Below, piece after piece: positions 18,643-28,875 of a stretch of 64,000 nt of DNA. Both the position numbers and the translations under genes were made by a program. The notes beneath the pieces were generated by a model. It searched no databases, had not been told where the DNA came from, and saw nothing but the letters and a program-made list of their open reading frames with translations. The DNA is from Nitrospirota bacterium (GTDB lineage Bacteria; Nitrospirota; UBA9217), in the NCBI GenBank assembly GCA_963845065.1, contig CAWJQQ010000009.1:352001-416000 (forward strand), in the 5' to 3' direction. Position 1 is the stretch's first letter. Each line of letters begins with the position of its first letter.

Positions 18643-19422
18643 ATGATTTTAGACGATATTACCGCATACATAAAAGAGGAGCTGGCTGAGACCAAGCGTC
18701 GTTATCCATTCACAGAAATTAAAGCCAGGGCAGCTGGTTCTGAACCGGCGAGAGGATTCGGAAATGCACTTGCCGTGGGAGGCGGGATCAGGCTTATCGC
18801 AGAGGTCAAGAAGGCTTCTCCTTCTAAAGGCGTAATCCGCATGGACTTCGATCCGGTTGCTATCGCCGGAGCCTACGAGAAGTCTGGCGCGTCTTGTATT
18901 TCTGTCCTGACGGAGCGGAAGTTTTTTCAAGGAAAGCTCGAATATCTGGGTGCGATCCGCAAAATCGTCGGGCTCCCGCTCTTGCGCAAAGATTTCATAG
19001 TTGACGAGTATCAGATCCACGAAGCGCGGGCCGCTGGCGCTGATGCGATTCTGCTGATAGCGGCCTGCCTGGATAAAGGGCAACTGCAGGATTATATCGG
19101 GATCGCGCAACAGCTTGGTCTCGATGTGCTTGTCGAGTCCCATACCTATAGAGAGCTGGACAAGTCGCTCCTTGCCGGCGCCATGCTTGTCGGGATCAAC
19201 AACCGGGATCTGATGACCTTCACAGTCAGTTTACAAACTACGCTTGACCTTGTGAAGGACATCCCCGATGACTGTACGGTAGTGAGCGAGAGCGGGATCA
19301 AGACGCGGGGTGATGTAATGAATCTTCAGCAAGCCGGAGTCGATGCAATTCTGGTGGGAGAGAGTCTGATGCGAGGGAAGGATGTCGGGAAAAAAGTGAA
19401 AGAACTTCTGGGAATGGATTAA
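18643..19422 (+). CDS. trpC: Indole-3-glycerol phosphate synthase
   Basis: IAEVKKASPSKG, LLRKDF, GINNRDL, ESGI. Start trimmed. Confidence 0.95.
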   Translation: MILDDITAYIKEELAETKRRYPFTEIKARAAGSEPARGFGNALAVGGGIRLIAEVKKASPSKGVIRMDFDPVAIAGAYEKSGASCISVLTERKFFQGKLEYLGAIRKIVGLPLLRKDFIVDEYQIHEARAAGADAILLIAACLDKGQLQDYIGIAQQLGLDVLVESHTYRELDKSLLAGAMLVGINNRDLMTFTVSLQTTLDLVKDIPDDCTVVSESGIKTRGDVMNLQQAGVDAILVGESLMRGKDVGKKVKELLGMD

Positions 19423-19522
19423 TTGTGCCACGGAAATACCGAGCAACCATGGCAATCGCTTTCTAATCTGATTTTTGCATCGTTTCTTGTCGTTTCTACG
19501 CCCCTGGGGAGGGTTCAATCAC

Positions 19523-20155
19523 ATGATAAAAATAAAAATCTGCGGAATCACAAATCTGGATGATGCACTTGCGGCAGCCGATGCCGGCGCGGACGCATTG
19601 GGGTTTAATTTCTATAAAAAAAGTCCGCGTTATATTGACCCGGAAAAGGCGGCCGAGATTATTGCCCAGCTTCCTCCTTTTGTGATGCCCGTTGGCGTTT
19701 TTGTGAATGAACGGGAAGAGAAAATCCAGGAGATCCAGCAGATCACCTGCATGCAGGCCATCCAGCTGCATGGAGATGAAAGTCCAGAGTTCTGCCAGCG
19801 GTTCGGCGGCCGCGTGATCAAGGCTTTCCAGGTAAAAGACAAGGAGAGCATCAAACATATGGTGCACTACCACGTCGGAGCGTTCCTGCTCGACAGTTAT
19901 CGTAACGGCGTCCGTGGCGGGACGGGTGATGCCTTTGACTGGCACCTGGCAGTCGTGGCCAAGACATTCGGCAAAGTCATTCTGGCGGGAGGGCTCACCC
20001 CGGAGAACGTGGCTGAGGCTGTGAAGCTCGTTCAACCCTACGGAGTCGACGTGGCTGGCGGCGTGGAAAAGGAAAAAGGAATCAAAGACCATGCAAAGAT
20101 CAAAAAGTTTATTTCAGAAGTCCGAAGGGCATCGCGGCATGATTACGCCGGATAA
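19523..20155 (+). CDS. trpF: Phosphoribosylanthranilate isomerase
   Basis: [26 protein letters not shown]. Start trimmed. Confidence 0.95.
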   Translation: MIKIKICGITNLDDALAAADAGADALGFNFYKKSPRYIDPEKAAEIIAQLPPFVMPVGVFVNEREEKIQEIQQITCMQAIQLHGDESPEFCQRFGGRVIKAFQVKDKESIKHMVHYHVGAFLLDSYRNGVRGGTGDAFDWHLAVVAKTFGKVILAGGLTPENVAEAVKLVQPYGVDVAGGVEKEKGIKDHAKIKKFISEVRRASRHDYAG

Positions 20156-21329
20156 AAAGGGGCATTATGGCATCTATGGCGGTAAGTTCGCACCGGAGAC
20201 GCTCATGCCTGCGCTCGCTGAGCTCGAATCCGCCTACCTTGCCGCGAAGAAGGACAAAGAGTTCAAAACCGAGCTTGAATTCTACTTCCGCGAATTCATC
20301 GGAAGGCCGACTCCGCTTTATTTCGCGAAGAGGCTCACCGCGCATTTAGGCGGCGCGAAGATCTACTTGAAGCGCGAAGACCTCTGCCACACCGGTGCAC
20401 ACAAGATTAACAATTCCCTGGCCCAGGTCCTGCTCGCCAAACGCATGGGCAAGACCCGCGTGGTTGCCGAGACGGGCGCAGGCCAGCACGGGGTAGCCAC
20501 AGCCACTGCAGCAGCAATGTTTGGCCTCGACTGCGAAGTATACATGGGCACCGACGATGTGAAGCGCCAGTCCCTGAACGTTTATCGCATGAAACTTCTG
20601 GGCACGACGGTGCGTCCCGTAGACCTTGGCAGCAAAACGCTGAAAGACGCGATCAACGAGGCCATGCGCGACTGGATTACGAACGTAGCGAATACCCATT
20701 ACGTGCTTGGCACGGTTTTTGGTCCGCATCCCTTCCCCGTGATGGTACGGGACTTTCAGTCTGTTATCGGCCGCGAGGCGAAGAAGCAAATTCTGAAATT
20801 TGAAGGAAAACTTCCTGATGCCATGATCGCCTGCGTTGGCGGCGGTTCGAACGCCATGGGCCTGTTCTATGAGTTTCTCGACGATGTGACGGTTAAAATG
20901 TATGGCATAGAAGCAGGGGGGCTCGGGATTGAACGCGGAAAGCACGCTGCCCGATTCGCCGGCGGATCGCTTGGCGTACTCCAAGGTTCAAAGACATTCA
21001 TCCTTCAGGATGAACAGGGGCAGATCGAATTAACCCATTCCGTGTCCGCTGGCCTGGATTACGCAGCCGTGGGACCTGAGCATGCGTTCTATCATGATTC
21101 GGGTCGCATTGAGTATACGTATGCAATAGACGAAGAGGCCATGGAGGCCTTCGACCTTCTCTCGCGTCTCGAAGGCATTATTCCCGCTTTGGAAAGTGCA
21201 CACGCAGTCGCCTATTGCTTGAAATTGGCGCCCACACTCGGCAAAGACAAGGTTGTCATTGTGAATCTCTCGGGTCGAGGAGACAAGGACGTGATGCAGG
21301 TGGCGAAGATCAACGGAGTTGATCTGTAG
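20139..21329 (+). CDS. trpB: Tryptophan synthase beta chain
   Basis: [35 protein letters not shown]. Confidence 0.97.
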   Translation: MITPDKKGHYGIYGGKFAPETLMPALAELESAYLAAKKDKEFKTELEFYFREFIGRPTPLYFAKRLTAHLGGAKIYLKREDLCHTGAHKINNSLAQVLLAKRMGKTRVVAETGAGQHGVATATAAAMFGLDCEVYMGTDDVKRQSLNVYRMKLLGTTVRPVDLGSKTLKDAINEAMRDWITNVANTHYVLGTVFGPHPFPVMVRDFQSVIGREAKKQILKFEGKLPDAMIACVGGGSNAMGLFYEFLDDVTVKMYGIEAGGLGIERGKHAARFAGGSLGVLQGSKTFILQDEQGQIELTHSVSAGLDYAAVGPEHAFYHDSGRIEYTYAIDEEAMEAFDLLSRLEGIIPALESAHAVAYCLKLAPTLGKDKVVIVNLSGRGDKDVMQVAKINGVDL

Positions 21330-21379
21330 GTAGTGCAGTCTGCTGAATACTATATATTATAAGATCGAAAAGCGAATAC

Positions 21380-22192
21380 ATGTCAAGAATAAAGACTACC
21401 TTCAATCGGTTGAAGAAGAAAGGCGAGACCGCCCTCATCCCCTATGTCATGGCAGGAGATCCTGACCTTGCCACAACGAAGACGCTCATTCTCGAGATGG
21501 AAAAGGTGGGCTGTGATATAATCGAACTCGGCGCCCCTTTTTCCGATCCTCTCGCTGACGGTCCGACTATCCAGAAAGCAGCAATCCGCTCGCTCAGGAA
21601 CAATACGAGCATTGCCGACGTGCTCAGTCTCGTCGCTGATGTTCGTACAGACAGCAAGATTCCGCTCATTCTGATGACCTACTACAACTTGATCTTTCAT
21701 TATGGCGAAGAGCGTTTTGTCAGCGATGCTGTTGCCTCCGGGCTGGACGGCATCATTCTGCCGGACCTTCCCCCGGAAGAGGCCGGAGTACTGGTACCGC
21801 TTGCAAAGAAGTCGGGGTTGGATACGATCTTCCTGCTGGCGCCGACGAGTACCGAGGATCGGATCAGACTCGTGTGCAAGGTCAGCCAAGGGTTTGTCTA
21901 TTACGTGTCGCTGACAGGTGTGACCGGTGCACGCGTTGGGGTTCAGAGCTCGATCGAAGAATCGCTCAAAAAGATCAAGGCAGCAACGGACAAGCCCGTT
22001 GCTGTCGGCTTCGGCATCTCCACACCGGACCAGGCAGCGCAAATCTCCCACTGGGGTGCAGACGGGATCATCGTCGGAAGTGCGCTCGTCAAAGTTATCG
22101 AAGAGAATTTCGGTGCGCCCGAATTGGTACCGCGCACGGTGGATTTTGCGCGGGCACTAAAACAGGGAGTGCTTGCAGGACATGGCAATTAA
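21380..22192 (+). CDS. trpA: Tryptophan synthase alpha chain
   Basis: ELGAPFSDPLADGPTIQ, GVTG, VGFGIS, VGSA. Confidence 0.97.
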   Translation: MSRIKTTFNRLKKKGETALIPYVMAGDPDLATTKTLILEMEKVGCDIIELGAPFSDPLADGPTIQKAAIRSLRNNTSIADVLSLVADVRTDSKIPLILMTYYNLIFHYGEERFVSDAVASGLDGIILPDLPPEEAGVLVPLAKKSGLDTIFLLAPTSTEDRIRLVCKVSQGFVYYVSLTGVTGARVGVQSSIEESLKKIKAATDKPVAVGFGISTPDQAAQISHWGADGIIVGSALVKVIEENFGAPELVPRTVDFARALKQGVLAGHGN

Positions 22193-22516
22193 CGTACGCA
22201 TACCGCTAAAGCGTATTTGATTCTGGGATAAAAGCGGAGCTGCTGCCAGAAACTTCGGTAGTCTTACGATTCCTCTCCCTATAGTCGGCAGCCCCCACTA
22301 TTCGAATCACGATTGTGTGGAACTAGTCTTTACGGGCAAAAAGCAATCTTCTTGCCAGAACCCCATACTTATGGTTTCAAAAAACAGGACAGGGAACTGT
22401 TTTCCTGCCGCGAAGAATGGGCACTATGATATCCCAGTAATAAACATTTATCAACTATACGGGTTCTGCGCTTTCATCTCACTGCTAAGGCATGTGGGGT
22501 TTCCCGCGCTGGATGC
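22189..22516 (-). mobile_element. Non-coding IS605-family MITE (TnpB reRNA-like), copy A
   Basis: Minus strand: TTCG (degenerate TTAG), then guide AAAC at +15..+18, a left-end hairpin ending GATGAAAGCGC, a promoter, and an IS605-type 3' tract GGGGGC...GTAAGAC...CCCAGAATC...TTAA. Homologous to 25962-26289. Confidence 0.75.
22426..22454 (-). promoter_or_regulatory. Sigma70 promoter inside MITE copy A, facing antisense into trpA
   Basis: Minus strand TTGATA-17 nt-TATCAT. Confidence 0.55.
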
Positions 22517-22534
22517 CGAAAGAGGAGGTCATGC

Positions 22535-23179
22535 ATGAGCGACATTCAGACACAGCTCTTTTCACGATTCGGGAAAAAAATACCTGCGAACACGGTTCTA
22601 TTTCACGAAGGTGATATTGGCGAAAACATGTACATCATCCAGTCTGGACGGGTCAAAATCAGCAAGCGGATCCGCGGCGTGGAAAAGACCCTTGCTACCC
22701 TCGCAAAGGGAGAGTTTCTCGGTGAGATGGCCATCCTGAACGACAAACCGCGTTCGGCTACGGCCGAGACACTCGATGATTGCGATATGCTGGTCATCGA
22801 CCGCAAAACCTTCGACACCTTGATCCGCGGGAATGCAGAGATCGCCGTGAGGTTCATCAAGCGATTGGCAGACCGGCTGCGTGAAACTAACGATCAGATG
22901 GAAGCCTTGATGATCAAGGACAATACCAGCCGTCTCGTGAGCATTCTTGCCAAGCATGTGAAGGAACAGCAAAAGGCCGGTGAGTTTAGCTTGACCATTG
23001 AAGATCTGGCGGGCCTCGCCGGGATAGAAGCTTCACAAGCCCGGTCGATTTTGGAGAAGCTTGCGAACGTCCGGATAGTAGAAATAGTTGGCACCAAGTT
23101 ATACATCAGGGATCAGGATCAGGTAGAACGGCTGCTGCGCTTTTTGGAAATGCGCGAAATATTTGGAGAAATGGTGTAA
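22535..23179 (+). CDS. Crp/Fnr-family cyclic-nucleotide-binding regulator
   Basis: cNMP pocket GEFLGEMAIL..PRSATA and a C-terminal HTH-like LTIEDLAGLAG. Confidence 0.9.
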   Translation: MSDIQTQLFSRFGKKIPANTVLFHEGDIGENMYIIQSGRVKISKRIRGVEKTLATLAKGEFLGEMAILNDKPRSATAETLDDCDMLVIDRKTFDTLIRGNAEIAVRFIKRLADRLRETNDQMEALMIKDNTSRLVSILAKHVKEQQKAGEFSLTIEDLAGLAGIEASQARSILEKLANVRIVEIVGTKLYIRDQDQVERLLRFLEMREIFGEMV

Positions 23180-23246
23180 AAAAAAAGCAGGGAGCAGCCA
23201 GGGAGGCATCCAGAGTGAAATTGCCTACAAAAAAGATGGAGTTACA

Positions 23247-25142
23247 ATGAGACAAAAAGGCGGTAAAAGCGCAGGTATCATCATAGCACTGATTGTGGCG
23301 GTGACATTGTCGATGTTCTACCTGAGCAATACGAAGTTTTTCAATGTGCTGGAGGAGAAGACTCTCGACATGCGGTTCGCGATGCGGGGCAAGATATTAC
23401 CGGGCCCCGAGACCGTGATCGCCGCAATCGACGAGAAGAGCATCAAAAAGCTCGGACGATTTCCCTGGCCCAGGTCCGTGTGGGGCCGCGTGGTAGACCG
23501 TTTGACGGAAGACGGCGCCAGGGTCATCGTGTTCGACGTATTTTTCACGGAGCCGGAGAAGGTGGAATCCGATGACATGCTGCAGCAAGCCATCCGGAGA
23601 AGTGGCCGTGTGATCCTTCCGGTGGTGTTCGATTTTTCCAAAACCGGTTTCAAGGAAACAGGCTTCACCGATAAAAAGCTGGACTTCATGACTCCCTCTT
23701 CCTACACAGTGGTGAAACATGCCGACGAGCCTTTTTCACCGTTGAAAGCAGCAATGGTGCTGCCGACGCTCTACCAGTTTTCCTCGGTCGCGAAATCACT
23801 GGCACATATCAATATGATCCCTGACGACGACGGTGAGCTCCGCTGGGAGATGCTGGCCATCGATTACCAGGGAGACTACTATGCTCCCATCGGCCTGCAG
23901 GCAGTGCGGCTCTACCGGGGCTTGAAAAACGAGGACCTCTCAATCGATTACCTTGGAGAGGTCGACCTTGGAGACGAATCCATTCCGACCGATGAGCACG
24001 GAAGAATGCTTATCAATTACCGTGGCCCGACCGGGACGTTCCCGACATATTCCATTGCCGATATTCTCGACCGGGCTTTGCCTGCAGACACGTTCAAGGA
24101 CAAAATCATTCTGATCGGCGCTACCGCCATCGGCATCTACGACCTCCGCGTTACGCCCTTCTCGAACAGCATGCCGGGGATCGAAAAACACGCCAGCGTG
24201 GTCGATAATATCCTGCACAGGGACTTCATCCGCCATTCCAAAGTTAACGTTCCCGTGCTCATCGTTCTATTTGCCGTAGTGCTCGGGTTATCCATTCCTC
24301 GGCTTGGCGCAAAAGCAGGAGCGGCACTTTTCATTATCCTGTTCGCTGGTTTCCTGGGATTTGTGTACTACCTGTTCGTGGCCAAGGGAATTTGGTTCAA
24401 CATGGTATACCCGGCATCAGCGATGTTCTTTGGCTACACGAGCCAGACCGCTTATCGGTTCTTTATGGAAGAACGGCGGGCGCGGGATATACGCAAAATG
24501 TTCTCGAGCTACGTGTCAAAGCGGATCGTCGACGAACTCATCAGGGATCCCAGCAAGGCAAAGCTTGGCGGAGATCGCAAGGAGATCACGGTGCTTTTTT
24601 CGGACATCCGGGGTTTTACCTCCTTTTCCGAGAAGCACCAGCCTGAGGAAGTGGTTTCGCTGTTGAATGAATATCTGGGGGCAATGACGGAGATCGTGTT
24701 CGAGTACGAAGGGACGCTGGATAAGTTCGTAGGAGACGCCATTATGGCCCTCTGGGGAGCGCCAATAGGCCAGCTGGATCATGCGGAGCGCGCGGTCAGG
24801 TGTGCCCTGGCCATGATTGCCAAGCTAAAACAACTGCAGGCGAAGTGGGCCTCCGAAGGAAAGTACGTCATCGATATCGGGATCGGTATCAATACCGGCG
24901 ATATGGTGGTGGGCAACATGGGGGCTGAGGGCAAGAAGATGGACTATACCGTGATCGGCGACAATGTGAACCTCGGCGCTCGTTTAGAAGGCTTGACAAG
25001 AAAGTACAATAATCATATCATCATATCGGAATATACCTATGAAAAGGTAAAGGACATCGTTGAGGCTAAGCAACTCGATTCCGTGACCGTAAAGGGAAAA
25101 GAAAATCCTGTCGTGGTGTATGACCTTGTCGGGGTGAAATAG
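23247..25142 (+). CDS. CHASE2-domain class III adenylate cyclase
   Basis: CHASE2 (IDEKSI..GRFPWPR), three TM segments, LFSDIRGFT, DKFVGD (ATP-specifying K), DYTVIGDNVNLGARLE. Start trimmed. Confidence 0.92.
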   Translation: MRQKGGKSAGIIIALIVAVTLSMFYLSNTKFFNVLEEKTLDMRFAMRGKILPGPETVIAAIDEKSIKKLGRFPWPRSVWGRVVDRLTEDGARVIVFDVFFTEPEKVESDDMLQQAIRRSGRVILPVVFDFSKTGFKETGFTDKKLDFMTPSSYTVVKHADEPFSPLKAAMVLPTLYQFSSVAKSLAHINMIPDDDGELRWEMLAIDYQGDYYAPIGLQAVRLYRGLKNEDLSIDYLGEVDLGDESIPTDEHGRMLINYRGPTGTFPTYSIADILDRALPADTFKDKIILIGATAIGIYDLRVTPFSNSMPGIEKHASVVDNILHRDFIRHSKVNVPVLIVLFAVVLGLSIPRLGAKAGAALFIILFAGFLGFVYYLFVAKGIWFNMVYPASAMFFGYTSQTAYRFFMEERRARDIRKMFSSYVSKRIVDELIRDPSKAKLGGDRKEITVLFSDIRGFTSFSEKHQPEEVVSLLNEYLGAMTEIVFEYEGTLDKFVGDAIMALWGAPIGQLDHAERAVRCALAMIAKLKQLQAKWASEGKYVIDIGIGINTGDMVVGNMGAEGKKMDYTVIGDNVNLGARLEGLTRKYNNHIIISEYTYEKVKDIVEAKQLDSVTVKGKENPVVVYDLVGVK

Positions 25143-25197
25143 CAATCAGGCGGAGCGGAACAACTATCGCATAATTTGATTGCGCAGAGGAGGGCGA

Positions 25198-25965
25198 ATG
25201 AAGGTAAAAATTCTGGGTTGCTCCGGTTCCGAGACGATCGGCCACAAGCCCCCGGGTTTCCTGGTAAACGATGTGATGATGCTGGATGCCGGCACAATCA
25301 CTGCCGCGCTCAGCATCGAAGCGCAGAGCAGGATCACCGACATAGTCATTAGCCATACGCATCTTGACCACATCAAGTCAGTCATGTTCCTGGCGGACAA
25401 CATTATTGGCCGCATCAAGAAACCGGTAAATATCCATGCTATCCCGAAGGTCCTTGACGCGATCCGGAAATACCTGATGAACGACATCATCTGGCCAGAT
25501 TTCACCAAGATCCCGACGCCGAAAAATCCCGTGCTGGCCTATGCACCAATGCCGCTGGGCAGGTCGGTGAGCATCGCAGGATTGAAGGTAAAGGCAATCC
25601 CCATGAACCACCCAGTCCCTGCCGTCGGATTTCTCGTGAGTGACGGGAAGTCGTCATTTCTCTACAGCGCGGACACAGGGCCGAACGAAGGGCTCTGGAA
25701 AGAAGCAGCGAAGGCCAAAAACCTTTCGGCGGTCATCGTTGATACCTCATTTCCGAACAGCCTCGATAGCATTGCCACCCTTAGTGGTCATTTTACGCCT
25801 GCCCAGCTCCATCAGGACCTTGCTAATGCAAAGATCGGCCTTAACATGCCGGTCTATATCTATCATGTGAAGCCGGTCCATAAAAAGAAGGTCATCAGTG
25901 AACTGACAGGATTAGGCAGAAGAAATGTGAAGATCCTTGTTGAAGGGAAGACGTATAACTTTTGA
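25198..25965 (+). CDS. Class II (metallo-beta-lactamase fold) 3',5'-cyclic nucleotide phosphodiesterase
   Basis: LGCSG, LDAG, HTHLDH, N.IIWPDF, SADTG, GHFTP, YHVKP. Confidence 0.88.
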   Translation: MKVKILGCSGSETIGHKPPGFLVNDVMMLDAGTITAALSIEAQSRITDIVISHTHLDHIKSVMFLADNIIGRIKKPVNIHAIPKVLDAIRKYLMNDIIWPDFTKIPTPKNPVLAYAPMPLGRSVSIAGLKVKAIPMNHPVPAVGFLVSDGKSSFLYSADTGPNEGLWKEAAKAKNLSAVIVDTSFPNSLDSIATLSGHFTPAQLHQDLANAKIGLNMPVYIYHVKPVHKKKVISELTGLGRRNVKILVEGKTYNF

Positions 25966-26289
25966 CGCGCTCCCACCCCTAAAGAATGTGGGATCCTGGT
26001 ATGCAAACGGAGCTGTTGTCAGCATCAAGAGCCTTACTGCTCCTCTTCCAATGGTTGGAAGCCCCCAGCATTTTGGTTTCAGGTTCTAAGCGGGCAAAAG
26101 TGTTGTCCGGCAATTTTCTTGCCGGAACCCCATACTTTTGGTTTTAAAGAACAAAACAGGGAACTGTTTACCTGTCGTGAAGCATGGGTACTATGTATCG
26201 CAGTAGTAGACATTTGCTGACTATATGTGTTCAGCGCTTTCGCCCAGCCACTTGAGCATGTGGGATTTTTCGCGCGGGGCACAGGGCAC
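25962..26289 (-). mobile_element. Non-coding IS605-family MITE (TnpB reRNA-like), copy B
   Basis: Minus strand: TTAG target (26290-26293), left end CGCGAAAAATCCCAC...GGGCGAAAGCGC, right end GGATCCCAC..TTTAG..GTGGGAGCGCGTCAA. An ungapped 78-nt core (26118-26195) has 11 mismatches to copy A (22351-22428). Confidence 0.82.
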
Positions 26290-26334
26290 CTAACTAAGTT
26301 CAAAGCACACAATAGCTGCACCTGAAGGAGCATT

Positions 26335-27189
26335 ATGGTTTGGTTCAAAAAAGAACGGCATGAGAACGCTGCCCCGGAGGCCCCTGCAAAAAAAGTGAAG
26401 ATCCCCGAGGGGCTCTGGGTAAAATGCGATAACTGCAAAGAGATTATTTATCGCAAAGAAGTCGAGAAGAACTACAAGGTCTGTCCCAAATGCGACTATC
26501 ACTTCCGTATTACCGCGTCGGAGCGGCTGCCGTATCTCGTTGACGAAGGAAGTTTCCTCGAAGTGGAGGATGGTCTTTCCCCGAGGGATTTCCTGTCCTT
26601 TAAGGACTACAAGGACAAACTTAAAAGCAACCGCAAAAAAACGGGGCTCAAGGACGCAATCATATCCGGCGAAGCAAAGATCGGCGGCAAGCAAGTTTCG
26701 ATCGTGGTCATGGACTTTAACTTTATGGGCGGCAGTATGGGCTCTGTGGTCGGCGAGAAGATCGCCCGTGCCGTAGAGAGGTCCATCGAAAACCGTACAG
26801 CCTTTGTTTCGGTTGCGTCATCGGGCGGTGCTCGTATGCAGGAGGGCATCCTCTCGCTCATGCAAATGGCCAAGACAGCGGCCGCCGTGGCGCGTCTCGG
26901 CCAGGCCGGGCTCCCATTTATCTCGATATTAACTGACCCCACCTTTGGCGGCGTGACCGCGAGCTTTGCTATGCTCGGAGACATCATTGTTGCCGAGCCT
27001 AAGAGTCTCATCGGGTTTGCCGGGCCGCGGGTCATCGAACAGACTATAAAACAACAACTTCCCGCGGGGTTCCAGCGCGCAGAGTTCCTGCTTGATCATG
27101 GGATGATCGATATGATCGTCCCGCGGAAGGAAATGCGAGCGACGCTTGCCAGGGTTCTTGAATTCTTTGCCCCCTCAGGTTCACTATGA
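26335..27189 (+). CDS. accD: Acetyl-CoA carboxylase carboxyltransferase beta subunit
   Basis: LWVKC..C...VCPKC Zn finger, [32 protein letters not shown]. Confidence 0.97.
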   Translation: MVWFKKERHENAAPEAPAKKVKIPEGLWVKCDNCKEIIYRKEVEKNYKVCPKCDYHFRITASERLPYLVDEGSFLEVEDGLSPRDFLSFKDYKDKLKSNRKKTGLKDAIISGEAKIGGKQVSIVVMDFNFMGGSMGSVVGEKIARAVERSIENRTAFVSVASSGGARMQEGILSLMQMAKTAAAVARLGQAGLPFISILTDPTFGGVTASFAMLGDIIVAEPKSLIGFAGPRVIEQTIKQQLPAGFQRAEFLLDHGMIDMIVPRKEMRATLARVLEFFAPSGSL

Positions 27190-27404
27190 GCGAAATGGCA
27201 AAAATGTTGATTCTCCTGGGGGCCGTCCTGATCGTTCTGGGGCTCATTTTGCTCCTGCTGCAGAGAACTCCGTACCTAGGCAAGCTGCCTGGAGACATCC
27301 TTATCAAGCGTGAACATGTTACAATTTATTTTCCACTTGCTACGAGCATCATCATTAGCATTATCGTAAGTCTTATTCTCTATTTTATCAATAGGTTCAG
27401 GTAA
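27186..27404 (+). CDS. DUF2905 family small membrane protein
   Basis: [20 protein letters not shown]. Confidence 0.85.
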   Translation: MSEMAKMLILLGAVLIVLGLILLLLQRTPYLGKLPGDILIKREHVTIYFPLATSIIISIIVSLILYFINRFR

Positions 27405-27492
27405 TATCTCATGGTGCCTCATAACACCAATTTCCTCTACCTCACGTCCCCGTCCCCGTCCCACCAAACCCCTATTAACAGCGAACTGGGAA

Positions 27493-28872
27493 ATGAGCAT
27501 GTCTGACGATATAGCGGTAAAACGCTCCGCCTTGCTGATTGCCACCCTCTCGGCGTTTCTTACGCCGTTTATGGTTTCCTCCATCAATATTGCTCTTCCT
27601 TCAATCGCGAAAGATCTCCATATGAGCGCAGTCCAGATGAGCTGGGTCCCGTCGTCCTACCTTCTGGCCGCGTCAATTTTTCTCGTGCCCTTCGGGAGAA
27701 TGGCAGACATTTATGGCCGGAAGCGGATATTTAACTACGGTATCTGGATATACACGATCTCATCGCTCCTGCTTGCACTTACTCCATCGGTTTCACTGCT
27801 TATTTTCTTCCGCACGCTGGAGGGATTCGGAAGCGCCATGATCTTCGGGACAGGAATGGCAATCCTGACTTCCGTGTATCCCGCGGCGGAGCGGGGGAGG
27901 GTGCTCGGGATCAATGTTGCTGCCATCTATCTAGGGCTTTCTCTCGGACCAACGCTTGGCGGACTTCTGACCCAGCATTTCGGGTGGCGGAGCATATTTT
28001 TGGTGAATATTCCCCTGGGATGCGGGATCATTTTTCTTGTCGCTTCAAAATTAAAACAGGAATGGGCGGAAGCGCAGGGCGAGCAGTTTGATCTCACGGG
28101 ATCCCTCATCTACAGTGTCATGCTGGTGTCGTTAATGTATGGTTTCTCGCTCCTGCCGGCGTGGTCGGGTATGGGCTTAATATTGGCCGGTATTGCCGGT
28201 ATCGCGTTTTTTATCTTTTGGGAGCGGAAGGCAATGAGCCCGCTCCTGAATATGAACTTGTTCTTCGACAATGTGGCCTTTGCGTTTTCGAATCTGGCGG
28301 CATTGATCAACTATAGTGCGACCTTCGCGGTCACCTTTCTCATGAGCCTCTATCTCCAGTACATCAAAGGTCTCACTCCCCAGCAGGCAGGTATAGTCCT
28401 GGTGTTTCAACCGCTCGTCATGGCAGTTTTCTCTCCCTTTGCCGGCAGGCTTTCCGACAAAATTGAACCGCGCGTTGTTGCGTCGATTGGCATGGGATTC
28501 ACTGCAGCAGGACTGGTCCTGTTCACGTTCCTCAAGAGCCAGACCCATCTTGCCTACATTGTCGTCGGTCTTATTCTGCTCGGCTTTGGGTTCGCTTTGT
28601 TTTCGTCGCCGAACACGAACGCAGTCATGAGCTCTATCGAGAGACGGTTCTACGGGGTGGGGTCTGCGACACTCGGTACCATGCGCCTCACCGGTCAGAT
28701 GCTGAGCATGGGGATCACCATGCTCATTTTTGCACTCCACATTGGGAGCGCGCGAATTACACCAGAATACTATCCGCTGTTCCTGACGAGCACAAAAACG
28801 GCATTCATTATTTTTGCAGCCCTCTGCTTCGGCGGTATCTTTGCGTCGATGGCGAGGGGAAAGGTGAGGTGA
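27493..28872 (+). CDS. MFS transporter (EmrB/QacA-like)
   Basis: INIALPSI, motif A GRMADIYGRKR, many TM helices. Confidence 0.92.
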   Translation: MSMSDDIAVKRSALLIATLSAFLTPFMVSSINIALPSIAKDLHMSAVQMSWVPSSYLLAASIFLVPFGRMADIYGRKRIFNYGIWIYTISSLLLALTPSVSLLIFFRTLEGFGSAMIFGTGMAILTSVYPAAERGRVLGINVAAIYLGLSLGPTLGGLLTQHFGWRSIFLVNIPLGCGIIFLVASKLKQEWAEAQGEQFDLTGSLIYSVMLVSLMYGFSLLPAWSGMGLILAGIAGIAFFIFWERKAMSPLLNMNLFFDNVAFAFSNLAALINYSATFAVTFLMSLYLQYIKGLTPQQAGIVLVFQPLVMAVFSPFAGRLSDKIEPRVVASIGMGFTAAGLVLFTFLKSQTHLAYIVVGLILLGFGFALFSSPNTNAVMSSIERRFYGVGSATLGTMRLTGQMLSMGITMLIFALHIGSARITPEYYPLFLTSTKTAFIIFAALCFGGIFASMARGKVR

Positions 28873-28875
28873 ACT

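Noticed and set aside
16783..19522. Repeat family in the ~90-110 bp spacers between trp genes
   Set aside because: Only faint, degenerate palindromic character; no alignable consensus.
22189..26289. Composite transposon carrying the cAMP trio between two direct-repeat MITEs
   Set aside because: Each MITE has its own reconstructable target site at a separate stop codon and the copies are diverged, so two independent insertions explain the pattern better.
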